Origin: Squalus acanthias
Lineage: Eukaryota
NCBI GenBank assembly: GCA_030390025.1
Contig: CM059431.1
Span: 99,512,001-99,576,000 of the forward strand
DNA: 64,000 bases
Reading direction: 5' to 3'
A model generated the notes under the pieces. That model worked only from the letters and a program-made list of their open reading frames with translations. It made no database searches and was not told the origin of the DNA. Made by a program: the position numbers and the translations under genes. Position 1 is the first letter of the stretch, and each line of letters starts with the position of its first letter. Of this stretch, positions 36,979 through 49,702 are shown piece after piece.

Positions 36979-38512
36979 GGGCCAGATTTTGCCGTCAGCG
37001 GTGAAGGAATGGCGCTCGCCATTCACCTCACTGACAGCTGCCCATTTAAGGGGCTGCACGGCCCGTTCAAACGTCCGTGTGCGCGTGGTTTGTCCATTGA
37101 GAAAGCGGCCCTGCCCGGGAGCGTCAAAGACGGCCGCGTCGACCGCGCTGCTAAACGGGAACATTGAAGGAGACTTGCTCTAATCCGGCGTCTGGTTAAG
37201 CCGGCACCCACTGCGGGGGATCTGTGCCATCTGTGAGCAGGGAAACCTTCAACCAATCAGATTGAAGAATCCTCACTGAGACTCGTCGGGGTGAGAATTG
37301 GGTTTATTTGCACCTCTTGTTAGCGCCCCCCGGGGGGGGCGCAATGGGGGCACAAATCCCCTAGCGCCCGGGTGCGGTGCCGCTAACGCCTCCCGCAAAA
37401 TTCAGTGGGAGGTTAGCGGCGGCGGCGGTAGCCGGTAGCATTCCGCAGCACTTCGCCGCCGGCAATGAGGTCATCACCGTGCGCAGCAACTCGCTCGCCT
37501 CCCGGCCGCAAACAATATGTCCGACAGGGTCAGGGGGCGATTTTGCAGCGGCGGCGGCATGAGTAAAAAGGGCCGGTGTCGGGCAGCCATTTTTCTGGGG
37601 CCGACTGCCAGCACCTGCCCCCTTTCCCCTTTTTTCCTTGGGGGTGTCGGCCGCGATCGCACAGCTCCTCTTGAGTGCCGAGCTGTTTTCATGGCACCCC
37701 GCTCCCCGGTGGTCCGGCAGGGCCCCGGCGCGCGCAGCGCTAGGCCCCTCCCCTTTAATTAGGGGAGGGAGGCCTGCAATGACGTGGCGCTATGTGCCGA
37801 TGTGCGTGGTGCAGTTCCACGTAGCGCCGCGATATTCAGTTGTAGCGCCCCAAGAAGGAGGTGGAGCGCTTCCAGTACCCTCCAGTTTGGGGCACTACTA
37901 CTGAATTTCCGGCGGAGGGGCGCTAAATTTTTCGGGACGCTAAAATTCGCGCCCCAAAAGGGGCGACACCCAATTTTCCCCCCCGCAGAGTCTAAACCAG
38001 GAAGTATAAACCAGTAATTATAAATTAGATTTAAATCATGTAGAGAAAACAAAATAAAGATTGGGAAAGAAAGATGGGATTAACAGAGAGAGATAAAAGA
38101 GAGAGAAAAACGAAAAAAAAATATTTAGAATTTTTTTTAAAATTTCCAACACTAATGAAATTCTGAAGGAATGAGACTCCACACTTATAAAATAAATTTC
38201 TCAGGGCCAGTGGAGGTTGTTATCAGACACTTACTCCCGAATGCACCAGCCCTAACTTTTTCAGCCGTCTTTAATGCGGAGCGAATGGGTAGGTTCCCCA
38301 GGTTCGCGCAATGGCAGTGATTTCAATGCCGAATATATCGGTGAGGATACAACAGCACATCCCATGGAGGAGCACGGTATCTCGGACAGCAACTTCCTGA
38401 TTTCCGCGTTTAACTGCGCACATGTGGACGCCAGAAGTTGCTGTCCGATTTGCTCCGTTATAACGGCGATCGCTGTTAGCCTCACACTTCTTCTCATTGC
38501 AAATTCTGTGCC
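36979..38512. mobile_element. Harbinger-type MITE containing a second MITE
   Basis: TIRs gggccagattttgc / gcaaattctgtgcc; imperfect 3-bp TSD aat/tat at the SINE breakpoint. Confidence 0.75.
37288..37983. mobile_element. GC/CpG-rich Harbinger-type MITE (family H2)
   Basis: TIRs ggggtgagaattggg / cccaattttcccccc; homologous to 50278-50776. Confidence 0.8.
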
Positions 38513-39159
38513 TATCTTTTTTTAGTGATGTTGGTTGAGGGATAAATATTGGCCCAGGAGACCGGGGAGAACTCCCCCCCTGCTCTTCTTCAAAAAATGC
38601 CACGGGATCTTTGACGCCCACCAGAGAGAGAGCAGACGAGGCCTCGGTTTAACGCCTCAACTGAAAGACGATTTGAGATTACAGACGGAGTTAAGTTGAG
38701 AGAGTAATGTGTGTTCTCAGATAAAGAGAGCTTTCTTGATTGCTTTCATAATCTGGGCCTGTGTGCCACACTTTTCAATCTTCTGAAGCAAAACGAAGCT
38801 GTATTTCACGGGAATAAAGTGGTCGTTAATCACCAATAAAATCTCATCTCACTAATATTGTATTCCATCAATTCATCTTTAACCAATAAGGCTCACTCGA
38901 GGTGTATTTTGTGAATAACCTACCATAACATCTTGTAATAGAGAAAATAGCCCCAATTTTAACTTGAGCCGTGAATCGGGCGGGAGGGCGAGGGCAGGTG
39001 ACAATCTGTTCTGACCTCGGTAGGGCGAAACGCGGGAGATTTTAAACTCCCGGGCCTCATCTGCACCCGCTGGTGTACGGGGGTGCAATATCGAGCAGCA
39101 AGAGAACACTGTCAGGGGCCAAAAGAACGGTCCCTAACAGTCGGTAAGTCGATGGGGGA

Positions 39160-39595
39160 AGTACTGAGGGAGCGCTGCACTGTCGGAGTGGCAGTACTGA
39201 GGGAGTGCCGCACTGTCGGAGGGGCAGTACTGAGGGAGTGCCGCACTGTCGGAGAGGCAGTACTGAGGGAGCGCCGCACTGTCGGAGGGGCAGTACTGAG
39301 GGAGTGCGACACTGTCGGAGGTGGAGTACTGAGGGAGCGCCACACTGTCGGAGGGGCAGTACTGAGTGAGCGCTGCACTGTCGGAGGGGCAGTACTGAGG
39401 GAGCGCTGCACTGTCAGAGGGGCAGTACTGAGGGAGCGCTGCACTGTCGGAGGGGCAGTACTGAGGGAGCGCTGCACTGTCGGAGGGGCAGTACTGAGGG
39501 AGCGCTGCACTGTCGGAGGGGCAGTACTGAGGGAGCGCTGCACTGTCGGAGGGGCAGCACTGAGGGAGCGCCGCACAGTCGGAGGGGCAGTACTG
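39160..39595. repeat. 33-bp SINE-derived minisatellite (~13 copies) with no recognisable SINE flanks
   Basis: Unit gtactgagggagcgctgcactgtcggaggggca. Confidence 0.95.
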
Positions 39596-40071
39596 GTTAA
39601 TTATTGGTTAATTCCTCAGAGCTGCGTTTCATTTGGAGCAGAATATACACACTGAAAAGGGTTAATCTTTGTGTTAATAAGTTGATTGGTTGCTGCTATT
39701 TCCTGTTATTGTGATGATGCACTGGTCGCATTCATTGAGAAGCTGCTTCATGAGACGGTCACACAAGTGAAGGCAGCAAAGTGTGACATCTCCATTCAAC
39801 TGTGGATTAAACAGATCTGATATGATGTGGCATATTATGAGCACATTCTTTGAAAAGGTGCCGGACTCCTTCTTTATATAGAATGGGCACATCTGGGAGT
39901 GGATTCATTTTCAGCAATCGTAATTGTATTGTAACTTGTTTACTTTGCTAATTTCAAGCATTACCTCAAGCACTTCCATGTCATGCTGCTTTCCCAAGAG
40001 AACAGGTTTAAGATCTACTTCCAGACCTCCAATTCTACTCTCTGACAAGCTAAGCATGCCCAAGATGTAAC

Positions 40072-40553
40072 GTCTCAGTCTCTGTCTCTCTCGCTCTCTC
40101 TGTCTCTGTCTCTTTGTCTCTGTCTCTCTATCTCTCTGTCTGTCTCTCTGTCTCTCTCTCTGTCTCTCTCTCTCTCTGTCTCTCTCTCAGTCTCTCTCTC
40201 TCAGTCTCTCTATCTCTCTGGCTCTCTCTCTCTCTCTCTCTCTGTCTCGCTCTCTGTCTGTCTCTCTGTCTTTCTCTCTGTCTGTCTCTCTGTCTCTCTC
40301 TCTGTCTGTCTCTCTGTCTGTCTCTCTGTCTCTCTCTCTATCTCTGTCTCTCTCTTTGTCTCTCTGTCTCTGTCTCTCTATCTCTCTGTCTCTCTCTCTA
40401 TCTCTGTCTCTCTCTTTGTCTCTCTGTCTCTCTCGCTGTCTCTCTCAGTCTCTCTCTCTCTGACTGTCTGTCTCTCTCTCTCTGACTGTCTGTCTCTCTC
40501 TCTCTGTCTCTCTCTGACTGTCTGTCTCTCTATCTCTCTGTCTCTCTCTCTCC
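40072..40553. repeat. Compound (CT)n/(CTGT)n microsatellite
   Basis: Directly visible pyrimidine-rich tract. Confidence 0.95.
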
Positions 40554-40821
40554 TTGTGGGGAGGGATCTGGCCTCCACTTGGTGACAATCGGTTGAGACT
40601 GACAACTGAGCATATTGGAAACCTTGTGTATGAAGCTACAGATTGCCATGTTATGGTACAGTGCAGTGGAACTCAACAAACTACACTACCATGCTGCCCC
40701 CAGCACACAGAATGTATCATAGCTGTTGGGATGTGATAGTGAATGACACCTCGAATGGCTACTGAAGCCATGCTGTGTCAGTTTCTAGTAATACATTACA
40801 ATAACAATAATGCTATAAAAG

Positions 40822-41165
40822 AATAAGTAGGAACAGGAGGAGGCCATTCAGCCCCCCGATCCTGTTCCGCCATTCAATTAGATCATGACTGTATCTTAAC
40901 TCCATCTACCCGCCTTGGTTCCGTAACCCTAACAAAAATCTATCAAACTCAGTTTTGACATTTACAATTGACCCCCAGCCTCAACAGCTTTTTAGGGGAG
41001 AGAGTTCCAGATTTCCACCACCCTTTGTGTGAAGAAGTGCTTCCTGACATCACCCCTGAACAGCCTGGCTCTAATTTTAAGGTTATGCCCCCTTGTTCTG
41101 GACTCCCCCCACCAGAGGAAATAGTTTCTCTCTCTCTACCCCATCAAACCTTAAACACCTCGATT
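40822..41165 (-). mobile_element. CR1 3' fragment
   Basis: Homologous to 53310-53680. Confidence 0.85.
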
Positions 41166-41184
41166 ACATTGTTGGACCAGTATC

Positions 41185-41912
41185 TGCCTTGCCAGGAGTC
41201 AGAAGGTTGTGGGTTCAGGTCCCACTCCAGAGACTTGAGCAGAGAATCTAGACTGACACTCCCAGAGCAGTGCTGAGGGAGCACTGTCAGGGGCAGTACT
41301 GAGGGAGCGCTGCACTGTCGGAGGGTCAGTACTGAGGGAGCGCTGCACTGTCGGAGGGGCAGTACTGAGGGAGCACCGCACTGTCAGGGGCAGTACTGAG
41401 GGAGCGCTGCACTGTCGGAGGGTCAGTACTGAGGGAGCGCTGCACTGTCAGAGGGGCAATACTGAGGGAGCACTGCACTGTGGAAGGGGCAGTACTGAGG
41501 GAGCGCCGCACTGTCGGAGGGGCAGTACTGAGGGAGCGCCGCACTGTCGGAGGGGCAGTACTGAGGGAGCGCCGCACTGTCGGAGGGGCAGTACTGAGGG
41601 AGCGCCGCACTGTCGGAGGGGCAGTACTGAGGGAGCGCCGCACTGTCGGAGGGACAGGACTGAGGGAGTGCTGCACTGTCGGAGGGGCAGTACTGAAGGA
41701 GTGCCGCACTGTCGGAGGGGCAGTACTGAGGGAGTGCTGCACTGTCGGAGGGACAGTACTGAAGGAGTGCCGCACTGTCGGAGGGGCAGTACTGAGGGAG
41801 TGCTGCACTGTCGGAGGGACAGGACTGAGGGAGTGCTGCACTGTCGGAGGGACAGGACTGAGGGAGCGCCGCACTGTCGGAGGTGCCGTCTTTCGGACGA
41901 GACATTAAACTG
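41185..41912 (+). mobile_element. Deu-SINE head plus 33-bp array (~41267-41885, ~19 copies)
   Basis: gagtcagaaggttgtgggttcaggtcccactccagagacttgagc, then the array, then ggtgccgtctttcgga. Confidence 0.9.
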
Positions 41913-42415
41913 AGCCCCTTAATCTTCTATACTAGAGGGGATACAAGCCTAGTCTATGCAGTCTGTCCTTATAATTTAACCCTTATTGGTTTCCTCTTGC
42001 TGTACTGCAAATCTGAAAATAACTTTTTTAGAACTAGGAAAAGGCCATTAACTGCAACAGCTTTGTTCATAGTTTTTAATGACACCAACCTGCTGTGAGT
42101 ATTCAGTAAGATTACACTCCTGGTGTGGCACCTGACTCGACAGGACTGGCCGTCGGTGTACCCGAAACATTAGTAAAGTCCAACTGTAGTTTAAAAGAAA
42201 TCTATCAGTGAATCAATGCATGGATATATTATGCCGATGATAAAATGCAGTGATATGCCTTCGCAGTGGACTGATTGCACTAAATGTGCTAGAATTTCCT
42301 TTTCAAGCCACCATTTTTTACAGTCGTATGAAGACAGCTGTAATAACTTGAAGCAATCTGATGTGGTTGGCTGACAGCTAATTTAAGGCCTTGCATATAA
42401 ATACAAACACAAATG

Positions 42416-42680
42416 AGTGATTTGCCCAGGATACTGTATATTTCAGTGATTTGCCCAGGATACTGTATATTTCAGTGATTTGCCCAGGATACTGTATATT
42501 TCAGTGATTTGCCCGGGATACTGTATATTTCAGTGATTGGCCCAGGATAGTGTATATTTCAGTGATTTGCCCAGGATACTGTATATTTCAGTGATTTGCC
42601 CAGGATACTGTATATTTCAGTGATTTGCCCAGGATACTGTATATTTCAGTGATTTGCCCAGGATACTGTATATTTCAGTG
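42416..42680. repeat. 29-bp minisatellite (~9 copies)
   Basis: Unit agtgatttgcccaggatactgtatatttc. Confidence 0.95.
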
Positions 42681-44009
42681 TCGTGCAATCTACCCTGCTG
42701 GTTTCACAAGCACCCACACAGCTGCTTGGGGCTTAAGGGAGAATTTCTATTATAAATAGTTTGTTGAAAAATAGCACATAGCAATCTTTTTCCACTAATG
42801 TAGTAGCTGGGATCAGGGAGTGAGTTATATTCTACCTTTGTTGATTTTTTTTTTACATAGAATTACATAGAATTTACAGCACAGAAACAAGCCATTCGGT
42901 CCAATTGGTCTACACCGGTGTTTATCCCCCCCCCCGCCCCTCCTTCATCTCACCCCATGATGATGGCAGCCTTCTCACGGCCCACCCTGCTACGTGATTT
43001 TAGATCACAACTAATGTCGTCTCACAGGACACCGAACTTGTCCTTAAATCGACCTCCCGGTGACGGTAGCAAACCAAGCAAATCAAACAGTCCTCTCCAG
43101 GACCAAAGAAAACCACATGTAGGTCCAGCTGTCCCAATATGTCAACTTAACATCGAAGGCATCTCTTGTTCAAAATGCGAATACCTCGAGAGGTTACTGA
43201 AGAAACACAGCCTCGATGTCCTGGTGCTTGAAGAAACACAGCGTCGATGTCCTGGTGCTTGAAGAAACACACATCGAACACATCCACCAGTTCGACACAA
43301 GAGGACGTATCACAGGTTTTGACCCAATCGCTTTCAATAACCATCCCAAATATGGCCTGGCGTGCTCTGTCAAACAAGGCATCGAAGGCTGCACCGAACT
43401 CGAGCATACCAGGACTGCTGGAGTTTTCACCACAGCAATACACGTGGGTGAGTGAACAATCTCCGATGTCTACAAACCACCACTCGTACAGTGGCCTGAC
43501 CCACCGCTCCCTCCTAGTCAACATCCATCATCCATCTCGGAGACTTTAATAGCCATCACACAATGTGGGGCTGCGCAGATGCCAACTATAATGGAGAAGC
43601 AATTGTACAGTGGGCTTCACTGGAGAATAAATTCCTCCTTTTTGACGCCAAAGGTCGAGGTACGTTTCATTCGTCAAGGTGGCGGAGAGAATATAACCCA
43701 GACTTATGTTTCCTCTCTGAAGACAGCAAAGGAAACCCAATCATCGCCTCCAGAACCGTTCTTGACGATTTCCCCAACAGTCAACACAGGCCCTCAATCA
43801 TCAACATTGGCATCGAAATTCCTGTCGTTACATCAACACCGGAACCACGATGGAACTTCAAAAAAGCAGACTGGGAAACCTTCCAAAGGTCAGTTGGCAC
43901 CAACATCAGGTGAATTCCACCAACCCACCGATGCCTTCAACAGATTAATCGGAATTATTAAAGCTGCCACAAACCGCAGCAGTATACCTCGGGGGTTTAG
44001 AAAGACATC

Positions 44010-44810
44010 GGGCTGGATTTTACCAATGGGGAGCTTTTGGAGGCGGGACTCCCACGTGCCGGGTTTTAGTCCCGCCTCCATCAACTTCTGGCCAACCCAC
44101 GCTATTTTCCCTTGATTGACCTTGTTAAGCCCCAGCGGTTACAGGTGACGTTTCATCTGTCAAGAGTTTTTGACAGATGAAATGTCAGCCTTTGACGGCT
44201 CTGTGAAGCTGTCAAACACTGACAATCTGTCCTCTAAGTTCAGTCCTGTCACTCAGGCTGAGTTAGAGAACCCTCCTGAGCAGAAAGCAGAAGGCTGCCG
44301 CTTTTGACAGTTCAGCGGCCATTCTACTTTCTGTGCCAGTGAGCTGAGGGACTCCCGAGATCTGAAGGGAGGAAGCCTGCAGGAAGAAGTAAAGGTAAAT
44401 AAAGCTTTTAAAACACTTTACACACACCAAACACACTTACCTCTGCACACTTGCACCCATCACTCACCTGCACACCAGACATCTCGGCCCCTCCGACCCC
44501 CGCAGACTCACGGCTCGCCTCGCTGACCCTGGCGAGGTTCGGAGCCGTCGGGAAGCCCACACTTTAGGTGGCAAAATAGGGATTCTCCAAAAAGCTGCAT
44601 GTTAACTACCTGTTAACAGGCAGTTAATTGGCACTAATCCCCTTCCCGCCTCGGGGAGGCGGCTCCCAGCGCGGGTCGACTACCCGCCTCCTGGGAAGAT
44701 GGCACGGAGGCGGGTTGGGGGTGGGATGGGTACCCGCCCCCAGATTCTGCCATTTTCCCGGCAGTCCCGCCTCCAAACCCGCCTCCCCAGGGCTGGCAAA
44801 ATTCCCCCCC
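44010..44810. mobile_element. Harbinger-type MITE inside Vingi
   Basis: Interrupts IPRGFRK|TYIPCW; TIRs gggctggattttacc / ggcaaaattccccccc; imperfect TSD atc/ata. Confidence 0.8.
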
Positions 44811-45834
44811 ATATATTCCTTGTTGGACGGAAGAAAGTGAGGTTCTCTACCAGGAATATTCGCTGAACAAGAACCAGCCACAGCCACCGCAATGCTGGAA
44901 TCCTTGAACTCGGCCAGACGTGAAAGGTGGAGGAGCCTTGTGGAGAAGACTAACTTCACTCACTCCAGCAGGAAAGCGCGGGCCCTGCTCCGTCAACCTG
45001 GCGGGGCAAACCCCGCCAATAAACACAGGACGACCATCAGAGCGGATGCCATTGCATCCCACTTGAGACAAACATCAAAGGCTCCGGTGGACAAAGAATT
45101 TCGACGCCAGGTGAAGCGGCAGCTTTCGACAAACTTGTTGGCGGCACCAAGATCATCAACGATGTCTGATCCATTCACCTTGGACGAACCAAACGCAGCG
45201 CTGTCGACAACCAAATCTGGAAAAGCTGCTGGTCCAGATGGTGTTTACCCCGAATTCCTAAAAGCACTGGGACCCAAAGCGAAGTGATGGTTGACCTCCT
45301 TCTCCGAGGTACTGGCAACCGGTAAAATTCCACCTATTTGGAGGGAGACCAAAATAATTGCCCTCCTGAAGCAGGGGAAGAATGCTTGTGAAGCCTCCAG
45401 CTACCGCCCGATCTCCTTACTTTGCACTTGTTATAAAGTGCTGGAGAGGCGACTACTCCACAGACTGGCCCCCATCATCGAGCGAACCATTCCTAAGGAG
45501 CAAGCAGGCTTCCAGAGCGGCCGTAACTGCTGCGACCAAGTGGGAGCTTTAACAACGCACATCGAAGCAGGCTTCCAGCGCCAGCTCAAGACCGCCGTCG
45601 CACTCGTGGACCTGTCAGCGGCGTATGACACAGTATGGAAGCATGGACTGCTTTTCAAGCTCTCCACCATTTTACCCTGCAGAACAACGATCAACCTTCT
45701 CAACTCCACGCTTAGCAACCGACGCTTCCGTGTGTATTCTGGCAACAAGAAGAGCAGATATAGGACATTAAACAAAAACAGAAAATTCTGGAGACACTCA
45801 GCAGGTCAGGCAGCATCTGTGAAGAGAGAAACAG

Positions 45835-45871
45835 AGTTCACGTTTCAGGTCGATGACCTTTCGTCAGAACT
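45835..45871 (-). ncRNA. Minimal hammerhead motif (family A) in the Penelope pLTR; cleavage site reads UG rather than UH
   Basis: Minus strand reads agtt-CTGACGA-aaggtc atc gacct-GAAA-cg-TG-aact. Confidence 0.7.
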
Positions 45872-46164
45872 GGAAAAAAGCAGGAAATGGAACAGATTTT
45901 TAAGTGTAGGAGCTGGAAAAGGGGGGAGGGGATGAAAGAACAAAAGGGAAGGTCTGTGATAGGATAGAAGGCAGGAGAGGTTAAGAGACATTAAGAGATA
46001 TTCAAGGCAAAAGGAGATGGTAATGGGACAGGTTAAGAAACAAAGGATGGCTCGATGAAGTGTAAATTGCACTGGCAGAATGGAAGACAGCTGCCATGTG
46101 GGAGAGAAGAAAAGACACAAACAAAAGGTGTGGATAAAAAATATATATACGATAGGGGCCGAGG

Positions 46165-48181
46165 TTATAATCTGAAATTGTTGAACTCTATATTGAGTCC
46201 AGAGGGCTGTAAAGTGCCTAATCGAAAGATGAGGTGCTGTTCCTCGAGCTTACACTGAGCTTCAGTGGAACAATGCAAGAGGCCGAGGACGGTGAGGTCA
46301 GAGTGGGAGTGGAGCGGAGAATTAAAGTGACAGGCGACCGGAAGCTCGGGGTCCCCCTTACGGACTGAACGGAGGTGTTCCGCAAAGCAGTCACCCAATC
46401 TGTGTTTGGTCTCCCCAGTGTAGAGGAGACCGCATCGTGAGCAGCGAATACAGTATACTAAATTGCAGGAAGTACAAGTAAATTGCTGTTTCACCTGGAA
46501 GGGGTGTTTGGGGCCCTGGACAGTGGGAAGGGCGGGGAGGTATAAGGGCATGTGTTGCATCTCCTGTGCTTGCACGGGAAGGTGCCGGGCGAAGGGGAAG
46601 GGGTGTTGGGGGTGATAGAGGAGTGTACTAGGGTGTCGCGGAGGGAGCGGTCCCTTCGGAATGCTGAAAGCGGAGGTGAGGGGAAGATGCGTTTGGTGGT
46701 GAGATCACGCTGGAGGTGGCGGAAATGGCGGAGGATGATCCGGTGAATGTGAAGGCTGGTGGGGTGAAAGGTGAGGACAAGGGGAACTCTATCGTGGTTC
46801 CGGGAGGGAGGGGCATGGGTGAGAACAGAAGTGCGGGAGATAGAACGGACACGGTCGAGGGCCGTGTCAACCACAGTAGTGGGGAATCCTCGGTTGAGAA
46901 AAAGGAAGACATGTCGGAAGCACTGGTATGGAAGGTGGGATCGTCAGAGCAGATGCGGCGGAGACGGAGAAACTGGGAGAATGGAATAGAGTCCTTACAA
47001 TAGGCGGGGTGGGAGGAAGTGTAGTCCAGGTAGCTGTGTGAGTCAGTGGGCTTGTAGTGAATGTTTGTCAATAACCTATCCCCAGAGATGGAGACGGAGA
47101 AGTCGAGGAAGGGAAGGGAAGAGTCGGAGATGGACCATGTGAAGGTGAGGGGAGGGTGGAAATTGGAAGCAAAGTGAATGAAATTATCTAGTTCAGGGCG
47201 AGAGCAGGAAACGACACCGATACAATCATCAATGTACCGGAAAAAGAGGTGAGGGAGGGGACCTGAGTAGGACTGGAACAAAGAATGTTCCACATATCCC
47301 ACGAAAAGGCAGGCATAGCTAGGAACCATGCGGGTACCCATAGCAACACCTTTAATTTGGAGGAAGTGAGTAGAGTCAAAGGAGAAGTTGTTCAATGTGA
47401 GAACAAGTTCAGCCAGGCGGAGGAGGGTGGTGGTGGATGGGGACTGGTTGGGCCTCTGTTCAAGGAAGAAGTGGAGCGCCCTCAGGCTATCCTGGTGGGG
47501 GATGGAGGTGTAGAGGGATTGGACATCCATAGTGAAAAGGAGGTGGTTGGGGCCAGGAAACTGGAAACTGTTAAAGTGGCGGAGGGCGTCGGAAGAGTCG
47601 CAGATGTAGGTGGGAAGAGACTGGACAAGGGTAGAAAAAATAGAATCGAGATAGGAAGAGATAAGTTCCGTGGGGCAAGAACAGGCTGAAACGATGGGTC
47701 TACCGGGGCAGTCCTGTTTGTGGATCTTGGGAAGGAGGTAGAAGCGGGCTGTGTGGGGTTGGGGAACTATGAGGTTGGCGGCTGTGGAGGGAAGATCTCC
47801 AGATGAGATGAGGTCAGTGACGGTCTTGGACACGGTGGCTTGATGTTCGGTAGTGGGGTCATGGTCCAGGCGGAGGTAGGAGGAGGTGTCGGAGAGTTGG
47901 CGTTCAGCTTCCGCTAGGTAGAGGTCGGTTCGCCAAACAACAACAGCACCACCCTTGTCAGCAGGTTTAATGACAATGTCGGGGTTGGATCTGAGAGAAT
48001 GGAGTGCTGCAAGTTCAGAGGGAGGTAGGTTGGAGTGAGTGAGGGGAGCAGAGAAATTGAGACGGCCGATGTCACGCCGGCAGTTTGCAATGAAAAGATC
48101 TAGAGAGGTTAAGAGGCCAGAGGGAGGGGTCCAGGTAGAACAAGAATTCTGAAAGCGGGAGAAAGGGTCAGCCGTGCGGGG
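46165..48181 (-). pseudogene. Penelope RT-GIY-YIG polyprotein, frameshifted and lacking its N-terminus
   Basis: IKPADKGG, FYLLPKIHK..GRPIVS, MDVQSLYTSIP, GVAMGT, RYIDD and PFLD in 46628-48205; linker in 46491-46874; VYCIRC..CGLLYTGET..EH...E..LI..L.T..P.GLN in 46165-46575. Confidence 0.95.
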
Positions 48182-49456
48182 GGACATTAAATAATGGACT
48201 CCCACAGGGTTCTGTCCTGGAACCCATGTTATTCAACGTTTACACCAGTGACCTGCCCGAAACAGAGTCCCACAAGTTCTTATACGCTGACGACATTGCC
48301 TTCGCCACGCAAAACATGAATTTGTCCATCACCGAGGAGACCCTAACCAGTGATTTACAGAGGATGGAGGCCGGCTTCCACCAATGGTGACTTCGGCCAA
48401 ACTCGCAAAAGACCGTCACCTCGACCTTCCACCTCAACACCCATCAAGCAAACCAAGCTTTGGAAGTCTCCTCCTGCGGTGCAGAGGTAAATCATGCCCA
48501 AAACCCTCCTATTTAGGAGTCCCGCTCGATTGCACCCTGTCGTATAGACAACATCTCCAGAACTTTGGGAAGAAACTAAAGAGTAGGGTCAACTTGATCC
48601 AGAAACTCACCGGATCCACATGGGGAGCAGATGCTCAAACCCTCTGTACAGCAGCACTCGCCCTGGTGTACTCTACAGCGGAGTACTGCTCTCCGGCATG
48701 GCTATCGAGTCCGCATTTCAAATCTGTTGATGTCCAGCTCAATTCTACTATGTGAATTATCACCAGTATGCTTTTATCGACACCGACACCTTGGCTGCCT
48801 GTGCAACCGCTACACCAGCAAAGACATGCCGATCCAGGCAGACTTGAACAACCTACCACCAACCCGTCTCAAATCTAGAAGGCCTCTTTGGACCGTCGCC
48901 GAAGCCCTTCAGCGATCCCCCTTCAGCCTTGATGACCGATGGCGAAATGCTTGGAGGAACTGCGACATATGGAATGGATTCCTTATAGAGGACCCCACAG
49001 TACAACCTGAAGGATCAAACCTTCCTCGCAAACCATGGACAACCGTCAACCACCTCAGAACCGGTCATGGTAGATGCTGCCACCTTCTCCATCGATGGAA
49101 GATTAAAGCATCCTCATCATGCGACTGTGAGCTCCTGATCAGACCCTGGAGCACATCATTGAGCACTGCCCTCAGAGGAAATTCACAGGCAGCCGACAAG
49201 ATGTTGCACCGGAAGCTTTGGCCTGGATATCTGACTTAGATATTGACATCTGATTGCTTTGCTACTACCATACAAAAGAAGAAGACCTCACCCCATCAGC
49301 ATATCCTTCTATTCCTTTCTCCCTCATGCACTTATCCAGCTTCCCCTTAAATACATCTCTGCTCTTCGCCTCGACCACTCCCTGTGGTAGTTAGTTCCAC
49401 ATTCTCACCACTCTCTGGGTAAAGAAGTTTCTCCTGAATTCCCTACTGGATTTATT

Positions 49457-49702
49457 TAGTGAGAAGTCGCACAACACCAGGTTATAGTCCAACAGCTTTA
49501 TTTGAAATCACAAGCTTTTGGAGCGCTGCTCCTTCGTCAGGTGAAGTGAAGAAATACATGAAGGTATTCCTTCACTTCCCCTGACGAAGGAGCAGCAGCT
49601 CCGAAAGCTTGTGATTTCAAATAAAGCTGTTGGACTATAACCTGGTGTTGTGCGACTTCTCACTTTTGTCCACCCCAGTCCAACACCGGCATCTCCGCAT
49701 CA
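49457..49702. mobile_element. Fold-back element with two hammerhead motifs on opposite strands (family B; Penelope origin inferred)
   Basis: Inverted arms 49458-49551 and 49570-49664; flanking duplication tggatttatt at 49447-49456 and 49703-49712. Confidence 0.85.
49577..49614 (+). ncRNA. Minimal hammerhead motif (family B); mirror copy on - at 49508-49544 has GAAA changed to AAAA
   Basis: tccc-CTGACGA-aggagc agca gctcc-GAAA-gc-TT-gtga. Confidence 0.7.

Larger units (their letters stand above)
36838..38670 (-). mobile_element. Deu-domain SINE split by nested MITEs
   Basis: SINE at 36838-36978 (..gataatgaccggataat) resumes at 38513 (tatctttt..agtgatgttggttgaggga). Confidence 0.85.
45773..48181 (-). 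mobile_element. 5'-truncated Penelope-like element with 3' pLTR, inside the Vingi RT
   Basis: TSD ggacattaaa at 45763-45772 and 48182-48191; RT plus GIY-YIG ORF; hammerhead motif near the 3' end. Confidence 0.95.
42959..49286 (+). mobile_element. Near full-length Vingi/ingi-like non-LTR retrotransposon (APE + RT + C-terminal Zn finger), disrupted
   Basis: APE motifs CQLNIEG, LEETH, YNPDLCF, SQHRP, PRWNFKKADW; RT motifs YRPISLL, EQAGF, VDLSAAYDTVW and, from 48192, GLPQGSVL and YADD; CDC..QTLEHIIEHCP near 49120-49170; gaagaaga tail; TSD ctcaccccat at 42949-42958 and 49287-49296. Confidence 0.85.

Noticed and set aside
40114..40605. SL-rich and ER-rich ORFs
   Set aside because: They are translations of the (CT)n/(CTGT)n microsatellite.
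46628..48205. Intact 525-aa RT gene (telomerase- or retron-like)
   Set aside because: It is a Penelope RT that is 5'-truncated (the ORF start lies in flanking Vingi DNA) and frameshifted before the GIY-YIG domain.
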